Source: Candidatus Bathyarchaeia archaeon (lineage in GTDB: Archaea > Thermoproteota > Bathyarchaeia > Bathyarchaeales > Bathycorpusculaceae). From it: a stretch of DNA of 42,974 nucleotides. Shown one piece after another: positions 9,064 through 16,295 of this stretch. The translations under genes were made by a program, and so were the position numbers. The notes beneath the pieces are model-generated. The model worked only from the letters and a program-made list of their open reading frames with translations, did no database searches and was not told where the DNA came from. The stretch lies in NCBI GenBank assembly GCA_049512935.1, contig JBEKWR010000015.1, positions 1 through 42,974 of the forward strand, written 5' to 3'. Within the stretch, counting starts at the first letter, position 1, and each line of letters opens with the position of its first letter.

Positions 9064-9572
9064 TGACGGTTGAACACATGGACATAGCCCTACTGGTAGT
9101 TGACGCGTTAAAGTTTATTTTCCCAGCCTACTGCGCAAACGCCACGCCCGTGCTCGCTGGCGGAGGAGCCAAAATGGATTTTGGAAGAAACTTTTTCGAT
9201 GGCAAACGAATTTTCGGAAACAACAAGACTTTCAGAGGCTTCTTTTTCGGCTTAGCCATAGGCATGCTGGTTGGGTTCATGGAAGTTGTCGCTTTTCATT
9301 TTCCCGCTCTGTTCCTCCTCTTGATTCCTTTAGGGGCGCTTTTAGGCGATTTGGCAGGGGCATTTCTTAAGAGGCGAGTGGGGATTGCGCCTGGAGGTTT
9401 ACTGCCTATCGTTGACCAAGTGGACTTTGTGATTGGGGCAATCGTGTTCTCGATTCCTTTAGCCATCGTGAGCTGGCAACTGGCAGTTACGGTTCTGCTG
9501 ATTACGCCGCCTATCCACCTTTTCACAAATTTTGTCGCTTACAAGTTGAAGCTGAAAAAAAACCCATGGTAG
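9063..9572 (+). CDS. carS: CDP-archaeol synthase (DUF46)
   Basis: PAYCANATPV, DGKRIFGNNKTFRG, GDLAGAFLKRRVGI, PIVDQVDF, KLKLKKNPW. Confidence 0.93.
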   Translation: MTVEHMDIALLVVDALKFIFPAYCANATPVLAGGGAKMDFGRNFFDGKRIFGNNKTFRGFFFGLAIGMLVGFMEVVAFHFPALFLLLIPLGALLGDLAGAFLKRRVGIAPGGLLPIVDQVDFVIGAIVFSIPLAIVSWQLAVTVLLITPPIHLFTNFVAYKLKLKKNPW

Positions 9573-9695
9573 AAAATGGCGCCGCTACACTGAAGATTTC
9601 AAGAAAGATTATGAACGCTGCGGCTTTTCACCACAGAAAAACTTGAAGAAATAATTCTCAAAATGGGATGCGCAAACCAGTGGGAGAGGTGGGGT

Positions 9696-10121
9696 TTAGG
9701 CTCCGCCTGAGTTTTTGAAAGCGATTGAGCCTTCCAAGAATATGTATGACAGAAACAGAAACGTCACGCCTATAATGAGCAGCATGTAAGCTTGCCTCGG
9801 TTTGTAGGCGCTCTTGGTGCTTTGGTAAATCGCGAGAAGACCGACGAAGCCGAAAGCGTACAGTATGCACGCGATGATGGTGTCCGAAACGAACTGTCCA
9901 CTGATGCTCGGATAAAGGAAGTAAATTGTGGAGGTGCCTAAATAGGCTGGAAGGGGATGCGTGATTAGAGTGTATAAGCCGCCGCCGAAAAGGAACACGG
10001 TGTAACCGATTCCAAGGATGGTGAGTATAAGCGTCGTATGGGGGGTTGCTTGGATTCTTCGAAACCATCGACTCAGCCCAAAGGACAGGTCTGAAGACCG
10101 CTTCTTTATTTTATCTGACAT
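9696..10121 (-). CDS. OSTC/DC2-like (OST3/OST6 family) three-TM oligosaccharyltransferase accessory subunit homologue
   Basis: Three TM helices; FLFGGGLYTLITHP and FLYPSISGQFVSD match, from memory, the eukaryotic DC2 pattern FLITGGIIYDVIVEP ... FLAYRVNGQYIME; similar length (141 aa). Confidence 0.7.
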   Translation of the reverse strand: MSDKIKKRSSDLSFGLSRWFRRIQATPHTTLILTILGIGYTVFLFGGGLYTLITHPLPAYLGTSTIYFLYPSISGQFVSDTIIACILYAFGFVGLLAIYQSTKSAYKPRQAYMLLIIGVTFLFLSYIFLEGSIAFKNSGGA

Positions 10122-10335
10122 TTCCGTTCCCTTCCTTGATTAAGTGCTTTACCACATCTTTAGCCCATTCTCCAGTTAATGAATTTTTCTGAATCTCAAC
10201 CAAATACTCCATCCAAACTACCTCAGATGCCCTCTTCCATACGTCAAATTTCTCCAAAACGTTCTGGTAGGCCTTCAAATGCAACGCGCAAAAATCGTTC
10301 TCCTCCGCTTCCCTGCCGCAAATTTTACATTTCAA
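10111..10335 (-). CDS. Small zinc-binding protein (CxxC...CxxH)
   Basis: MKCKICGREAEENDFCALH; overlaps the topA stop and the start of the next gene, so probably co-transcribed. Confidence 0.75.
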   Translation of the reverse strand: MKCKICGREAEENDFCALHLKAYQNVLEKFDVWKRASEVVWMEYLVEIQKNSLTGEWAKDVVKHLIKEGNGNVR

Positions 10336-12409
10336 CGGTTTTGTTCGCTCCTTTCGAAGGACAATTAGGGTTCAAGCATAGTTTCCAAGGCTGCTTCCTC
10401 TTCAGCCAAACGCTTACCACCGGGCACCCACAGCTTCTGCAGGCGCTCTTCAACGGCTTTATTTCGCCTCTCTGGGGCAACGGAAAAGTCAGGTTGCATT
10501 TCCCTTCGAAATAGTTTGTGCAGCCGACAAAACGTTTGCCAGAGGTTTTGGACCGCAAAATAACCAGTTTCCCTTCATGGCATTTTGGGCACACACCGAG
10601 TGTTCTTTGGTCAACCCACGCGTTTTTCAAAGCTTGACTCAACCGTTGACCTATGACCTGCTCTTTTGCCTTAAGCTCAGAAATAACGGGCTTTAGAACC
10701 GAAACGGCGTTCTGCAGCACGGCTTCCTTTGTTTCTATGCCCTGTTGGACTTCATCCATTTCCCGCTCAAGACTTCTGGTTAATTCAGGCAAAACAACCG
10801 TTGGACAGCAACTTGACAGTATTTCAGTGACTTCAAAGCCAAGCTCAGAAACGCCGAAAGCATCAGTTCCAAAGAGGTATTTGCGGTCGAGGAGCGTCTG
10901 TATAGTCGCCGCCCTCGTGGCCTTCGTGCCTATGTTTTCTTGCTCCATTTTCAAAAGCAAACTGCGCGGATTATAACGGGAAGGCGGCTTAGTAAAATCG
11001 TCCTTAAGAACCACCCGTTTGACGGCCACTTTTTGTCCCACGGTTACCGGCGGCAAAAAGTCGTCTTTCACTTGATGGTAGGGCTTGTAAAGTCCAAGCC
11101 ACCCTTCACTCAAGGTTCGCGCACCGTTCAAGCTGAAACGGTTCCCGTTAAGGCTCAGCGTCACTTTCACGGCTTGCCGTCGGGCGGGTTCGCCGAAAAC
11201 AGCCATGAACCGGCGCACGACAAGGTCGAAAATGTTTTTTTCAGGAACGCCGAGAGGTTTTTGAGGCAGGTTACCAGTCGGGTAAATTGCCGGGTGCGCC
11301 GAATCAACTTTTCCGCCCTCGCTAGGCTTCAGAATTGGTTTTGACAGCAGCTCAGACGCCTGCTCTGCGTAAACCTGCACCTTAGCCAGCTTTCTCAGTA
11401 TGGTTTTGTAGCCGATCGTCGGCAAAAGTTTTTGGCTGCTTGTCCGCGGGTAAGAAATCAAGGCGTCTAAGTACAGGCGTTGAGCTACGCTTGAGGTGCG
11501 CATAGGCGTGTACCTGAAGATTCGGTACGCTTCACTCTGTAAAGCGCCCAAGTCGAAAGGGAACGGCGGGTTCAAAGCAAACTCCTCCACCGCCACAGCT
11601 TCCACCACTCCTTCTTTGGCTTTGCAAGCTGCCATGACCTGAGTTGCTTCCTGCTTTGTCTGAAGGATCTTTTCGTATTCAGCCACGCACGCCACGCCGG
11701 AAATGTCAATTTTAGCTGTTATGGTCCAGTAGGGCGTGGGCACGAAGCTTCTCACGGCTTTTTCTCGCTCCTCCAGAAACTTGAGGGTTGGACCCTGCAC
11801 GCGTCCAGTGCTGATGGTAGCGTACCGTCCGCCAGCGCCTTGTGCAGCCGACGTTAATGCTCTTGAGAGGTTTATGCCGTAGAGCCAATCTACTTCGTGC
11901 CTAGTCAAACCCGCTTGAACCAAGGAAAAATCCAAGTGAGACAACAGGTGATCGTAGGATTCTTGCAGTTCCTCTTTTGTGAGCGTGGAGTACTTCATGC
12001 GTTTGGCAGTTTGCTCCTTGCCGCCGCAGGCAAATTTGAGTATGCAGTAGCCTATGATGCTGCCTTCAACGTCGAAGTCGCAGGCGTCAACGAACACATC
12101 AGCGTCCTCCGCCAACTTAGAAATCACTTCCAACCAAACACGAATCCTCGACGCTTTCCTTTCAGCCACGTACCTTGGAACCCACCGATAACTGAAAACT
12201 GGATAATCCCGCTTCCCTTTCTTCTCCTCGGCAAGCGTGTACAAGTGCCCAAGAGCTGGAACAATAACCACGTCTCCGTTTCGGCAAACCTGATAGTATG
12301 GAACCCCGTGGGCAACGGTTTTTTTCACGTTTCCACCCAAATCCAAAGCAGCAGCTATTCTGCTGGCAGCGTCAGGTTTTTCAGTTATGATTAAAGTGTA
12401 CTTTCCCAA
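10325..12409 (-). CDS. topA: DNA topoisomerase type IA with C-terminal zinc ribbons
   Basis: TOPRIM IITEKP and ACDFDVEG, STGRVQGPTL, catalytic ISYPRT, AHPAIYPT, GTKATR, C4 ribbons CPKC/CRSC. Confidence 0.95.
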   Translation of the reverse strand: MGKYTLIITEKPDAASRIAAALDLGGNVKKTVAHGVPYYQVCRNGDVVIVPALGHLYTLAEEKKGKRDYPVFSYRWVPRYVAERKASRIRVWLEVISKLAEDADVFVDACDFDVEGSIIGYCILKFACGGKEQTAKRMKYSTLTKEELQESYDHLLSHLDFSLVQAGLTRHEVDWLYGINLSRALTSAAQGAGGRYATISTGRVQGPTLKFLEEREKAVRSFVPTPYWTITAKIDISGVACVAEYEKILQTKQEATQVMAACKAKEGVVEAVAVEEFALNPPFPFDLGALQSEAYRIFRYTPMRTSSVAQRLYLDALISYPRTSSQKLLPTIGYKTILRKLAKVQVYAEQASELLSKPILKPSEGGKVDSAHPAIYPTGNLPQKPLGVPEKNIFDLVVRRFMAVFGEPARRQAVKVTLSLNGNRFSLNGARTLSEGWLGLYKPYHQVKDDFLPPVTVGQKVAVKRVVLKDDFTKPPSRYNPRSLLLKMEQENIGTKATRAATIQTLLDRKYLFGTDAFGVSELGFEVTEILSSCCPTVVLPELTRSLEREMDEVQQGIETKEAVLQNAVSVLKPVISELKAKEQVIGQRLSQALKNAWVDQRTLGVCPKCHEGKLVILRSKTSGKRFVGCTNYFEGKCNLTFPLPQRGEIKPLKSACRSCGCPVVSVWLKRKQPWKLCLNPNCPSKGANKTVEM

Positions 12410-12557
12410 AGACTCTTAACCCACTGCTTCAACGTCACAAAACAATCACTCTTGAAATAAAGGTTTGCAGTACCACAGCGCCAAACCCGAACAGGGAAGA
12501 GCTAGTTTTAGCAACCAATAAATACGCCATGACCATGTTACTACTCGGAGAATGGGG

Positions 12558-12728
12558 ATGCCGCAAAGGGTTATTTGCCATGGTTGCAATTACGTCTTGT
12601 ACGAAGGATCTGAGCTTAAACCGCCTGACGAGATTATTTCTCAGAACGGCGGAAAATGCCCCAAGTGCAGTCGGAAACTTTCATTGTTGCCTATTGAGGT
12701 TGAAGTTAAACCACTAAGCAGACACTGA
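12558..12728 (+). CDS. Small zinc-ribbon protein, 56 aa (MPQRVICHGCNYVLYEGSELKPPDEIISQNGGKCPKCSRKLSLLPIEVEVKPLSRH)
   Basis: Read by hand (below the track's apparent length cut-off); ATG 12558 with GGAG 7 nt upstream, two CxxC pairs, TGA 12726-12728. Confidence 0.8.
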   Translation: MPQRVICHGCNYVLYEGSELKPPDEIISQNGGKCPKCSRKLSLLPIEVEVKPLSRH

Positions 12729-13082
12729 AAAACGCGGAAAAGAAACTGAACCGTCGCCTGCGGTTGAAACATCATTAATGCCAAACAAAAAAGCCGCACT
12801 TTTCCGAAAAGAAGACTGAAAACGGCATCTGCGCGTTAATTGCCCTTGGTTGTTGCGCCAATTTTTTGCTGCTTAAACGACAGCTTATGGACGCGTGGTT
12901 AAGAAGCAGCGGCATAACCTTGCCATTTGTTTAACTGGAGCCCATGGCACTAACCAGCCTTCCTTCGCAGATGGCTTCGGCTCATTTTGGAAAGCCATAA
13001 ATAAACGTCCTATGTGTATAAATTGAGAATTAACGCAAATAGGCAATCGCGAAATTAATGAAATGATGAAGGATGGCTTAAC

Positions 13083-15395
13083 GTGGGGGAAGGAATTAAA
13101 GACAGACTCAGTAAAAGGCTAGAACCTTTCAGCAGATTGCGGCTCGAAGTAAGTCACGGCACAATAATAGCGTATTCAGCTTTGGCTCTTATACTTTTTA
13201 TCGCGTTCGTTGTACGCATTCTGCCGTTGCGATGGGAAAACCTCGCAGCTGGAACAACCACGCTGAACGAGTTTGACCCCTACTACCAGCTTACCGTGAC
13301 ACAGTACATGGTAAATCACGGTTTGCTCTCACCCTACTTTCCAACACACTGGATTAACATGCAATTATGGTACCCACACGGGCTTGACATGTCCACAGCC
13401 CTGCCCTCGATACCCATAACAGGAGCGGCAATCTACGACGTTATCCGAGCTTTTGGCGCAAACGTCGACATAACCACATTGTGCGCGTTGATCCCACCCG
13501 TTGTAGGTGTAATTACAGTTTTCATTATGTACTTGTTAGGCAAAGACATCGGAGGAAGAACAGTTGGTTTGCTCTCTGCACTGTTCATTTCTTTGGCGCC
13601 GTCAATCATCGAAAGAACCAGCCTCGGATTCTACGACACGGAAGTCCCAGGCACGCTCGGGCTGATACTGTTTATCTTCCTGTTCCTAAGATCTATTGAC
13701 AACCGAAGATCCCTGCGCACATCCGTCTTTTACTCCATAGGCGCGGCAGCCACCTTAGCTTACTTTATTGCAGGGTGGGGAGGAGCGTACTACATGATTG
13801 ACGCCACGGTCCTGTTTATTTTCGTGCTGCTCGCGATGAGAAGGTACAATCAACGCCTGCTAATTAGTTACACAGTGACCTTCGGGTTAGGACTGATGAT
13901 CGCGACAAAGGTTCCCTACATGGGACTCGTCTACCTGACTTCAGGCGCAGTGCTCCCAGTTGCCGCTGGGTTTGTCCTGCTTCTAATAGCAGAGCTCTTA
14001 CGCAACAACATATCTTTGAAGTCCAAGCTGACCATGGCGATAGGCGCACTCGTCATAATTGTCGGGGGCTTCGCAGGGCTAGTCGTAAGTGGACTCATCA
14101 GTGGCAGCGGCATCACAGGAAAATTCGAAACAGTGCTTGACCCCTTCATCAGGGCTTCATCGCCCATCATTAACTCGGTGGCTGAACAGCAAATTACGGC
14201 TTGGGGAAACATCTACATTGAACTAGGCATCGGCTTACTATTCTTCCTGATCGGCATTTACTTCATACTTCAGAACCCAAGCACCAAATACATCTTCCTA
14301 ATGGTCTTCGCTGTAACATCTCTCTTCTTCGCAGCCTCCATGATCCGTCTACTGGCAATATTTGATCCAGCCTTCGCCATCATCGCGGGAATAGGCATAG
14401 TGAGCCTGCTCAAACCCTTTTACAATCTGCTGAAAGAGGCACCTCGCACCCTCGCCAAATCGAAACGAAGACTGGCACGCGTCAGCAAAGAATACAGCGG
14501 AATCGCAATCTTCCTGATATTCCTCATCCTCGTAATGAACCTCGCATTCTCGCCGCAAACTGGCGGAATTCCAAGACCCATCGAGTCTGCTTATGTGCCA
14601 ACCGCGATCAGCGGGTCAAGCCTTCCGTTAGGAGGCGCATCCCTCACTCAACCAGTCAGCGCATGGCTAGACGCGTTAACTTGGATTCAGAGCAATATTC
14701 CTTCAAACAACGTGGTGGTCGCTTGGTGGGACTACGGCGATTGGCTAAGCGACATTGGGAACGTCACCACGCTCTGCGACAACACGACTTACAACGCCAC
14801 ACAAATAGGCAACGTGGGCTTCATAATGATGGGCAACGAAAACCAGTCGATGCACATGCTGAACTTCTTCGACAACTACAACAACCCTGGACGCGTCACC
14901 TACATACTCGTATTCACCACAATCGCGGTTCAGTCATCATCTAACGGCGCCACATACGCATACCCTGCTGGATACGGAGACGAAGGCAAATTCGTTTGGA
15001 TGGCAAGAATTTCAGGAACCTACGAGCAATACTACTTAAACAACGGCTTCATGGGCACAGGCGCAGGCTTAACTGAATGGAAGGATGAAACCTCCTTCGG
15101 CAATTACAGCTCAACAACCGGGCAGTGGCAGTGGAATTCGCAAGGACAGAACTGCACCATAGCCGAACTAATGTACGACGCCGCTTACCAGTACTGCCAA
15201 GCTGCGAGCTCATCATCAGGAACCACCATCACGCCAACCTGGACAGCCTCGATGCCAAAGTACTTTACACCAGTGGAGATCTTCGGCGTAAATACACCGC
15301 CGACCCAATACGGCGGACTGGTGCCATTAGTTGCCCTGTACAAAATCGACTACTCGGCTTACTACGCCGCAACTGGCGCAACAGGCACAGGCTAA
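13083..15395 (+). CDS. aglB: Oligosaccharyltransferase catalytic subunit AglB/STT3
   Basis: EFDPYY, RTSLGFYDTE, SVAEQQ, WWDYG, LCDNTTYN, GDEGKFVWMARI; many TM helices plus a C-terminal soluble domain. Confidence 0.95.
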   Translation: MGEGIKDRLSKRLEPFSRLRLEVSHGTIIAYSALALILFIAFVVRILPLRWENLAAGTTTLNEFDPYYQLTVTQYMVNHGLLSPYFPTHWINMQLWYPHGLDMSTALPSIPITGAAIYDVIRAFGANVDITTLCALIPPVVGVITVFIMYLLGKDIGGRTVGLLSALFISLAPSIIERTSLGFYDTEVPGTLGLILFIFLFLRSIDNRRSLRTSVFYSIGAAATLAYFIAGWGGAYYMIDATVLFIFVLLAMRRYNQRLLISYTVTFGLGLMIATKVPYMGLVYLTSGAVLPVAAGFVLLLIAELLRNNISLKSKLTMAIGALVIIVGGFAGLVVSGLISGSGITGKFETVLDPFIRASSPIINSVAEQQITAWGNIYIELGIGLLFFLIGIYFILQNPSTKYIFLMVFAVTSLFFAASMIRLLAIFDPAFAIIAGIGIVSLLKPFYNLLKEAPRTLAKSKRRLARVSKEYSGIAIFLIFLILVMNLAFSPQTGGIPRPIESAYVPTAISGSSLPLGGASLTQPVSAWLDALTWIQSNIPSNNVVVAWWDYGDWLSDIGNVTTLCDNTTYNATQIGNVGFIMMGNENQSMHMLNFFDNYNNPGRVTYILVFTTIAVQSSSNGATYAYPAGYGDEGKFVWMARISGTYEQYYLNNGFMGTGAGLTEWKDETSFGNYSSTTGQWQWNSQGQNCTIAELMYDAAYQYCQAASSSSGTTITPTWTASMPKYFTPVEIFGVNTPPTQYGGLVPLVALYKIDYSAYYAATGATGTG

Positions 15396-15401
15396 AAGCG
15401 C

Positions 15402-16295
15402 ATGACAACAAAAAGCCGCGCGGTGTTCCCAAAGGTTCCTGACCAACATAAACCTGGAAAACCACTGGTACCCAACGGCTTAGGCGTCGCCTACGTCCTG
15501 TTCACCACAGTCTACCTTTTTGTTCTTTACTTTTCAGGATTGATAAAGAACCCGTCCAACGTTTCAGCGCCCATCTCAGCGCCCTTGATCCTGGCGGCAT
15601 GCATTCTTTTCGGCGGCTTCATGGGTTTACTTGACGATTGGATGGATCTTAAATGGCGGTACAAGGCGTTCATGCCCCTGATCGCGGCTTTGCCCCTCAT
15701 TTACTACGCGAAAGAAATAGGGGCAAGAACAACCCTGTTCATACCTTACATCACGACGCTTCATCTGGGTCCAATTTACTTTTACGTGATCCTTCCAGTC
15801 ATCGTGATGATAGTTACAAACACGGTTAACATGCTCGGCGGGCTCAACGGGTTAGAAACAATATGCCCAGCCATCGTCATAATCGGATTAATGATCATCT
15901 CATCCTCTTACATCCTGATGGTCGGACCGATACTGTTCTGGCTGGTACTGGCGTACTTCAACTTCAGAGGAAAGATTTTCGTCGGCAACTCAGGCTCTTT
16001 CGCCATAGGAATGACCATAGCCGCGTTCGCGGTGATTTCAGACTTAAAAGCAAGCCTGTTCATCGCAATTCTGCCCTACATCTTCAACTCATCATTGATA
16101 CTGCTAACAGTTTTCTTCACGCGCCAAAAAGCCCAAGTTAACTTCGACGGCGACAAATTGTGCTCCGACCACAGAAGAAGCCTAATCACGTTGATAACTT
16201 TCCATCACCCGATGAGTGAAAAACAGGTCGTCAGGATAATCGCTTTGATAGTTGCGGTTTTCACCGCGTTAGCTGTCATTAGCCAACTGATATGA
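15402..16295 (+). CDS. aglH: UDP-GlcNAc:dolichyl-phosphate GlcNAc-1-phosphate transferase (GPT/AglH/ALG7, MraY superfamily)
   Basis: DQHKP..VPNGLG, GLLDDWMDLKWRYK, TNTVNMLGGLNGLE, KIFVGNSG; starts 6 nt after the aglB stop. Confidence 0.8.
   Translation: MTTKSRAVFPKVPDQHKPGKPLVPNGLGVAYVLFTTVYLFVLYFSGLIKNPSNVSAPISAPLILAACILFGGFMGLLDDWMDLKWRYKAFMPLIAALPLIYYAKEIGARTTLFIPYITTLHLGPIYFYVILPVIVMIVTNTVNMLGGLNGLETICPAIVIIGLMIISSSYILMVGPILFWLVLAYFNFRGKIFVGNSGSFAIGMTIAAFAVISDLKASLFIAILPYIFNSSLILLTVFFTRQKAQVNFDGDKLCSDHRRSLITLITFHHPMSEKQVVRIIALIVAVFTALAVISQLI

Noticed and set aside
12529-12717. 62-aa track ORF (MTMLLLGEW...)
   Set aside because: It overlaps the more credible zinc-ribbon ORF 12558-12728 in another frame.
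12730-13080. Long intergenic gap before aglB as a tRNA or C/D-box sRNA
   Set aside because: No cloverleaf; the lone ATGATGA has no suitably placed CTGA box D; no credible ORF on either strand.
15390-15404. aglB and GPT are in the same frame separated by TAA-AAG-CGC, suggesting a read-through fusion
   Set aside because: TAA is rarely read through, and the AglB C-terminus is extracellular while the first GPT loop is cytoplasmic with no TM in between.
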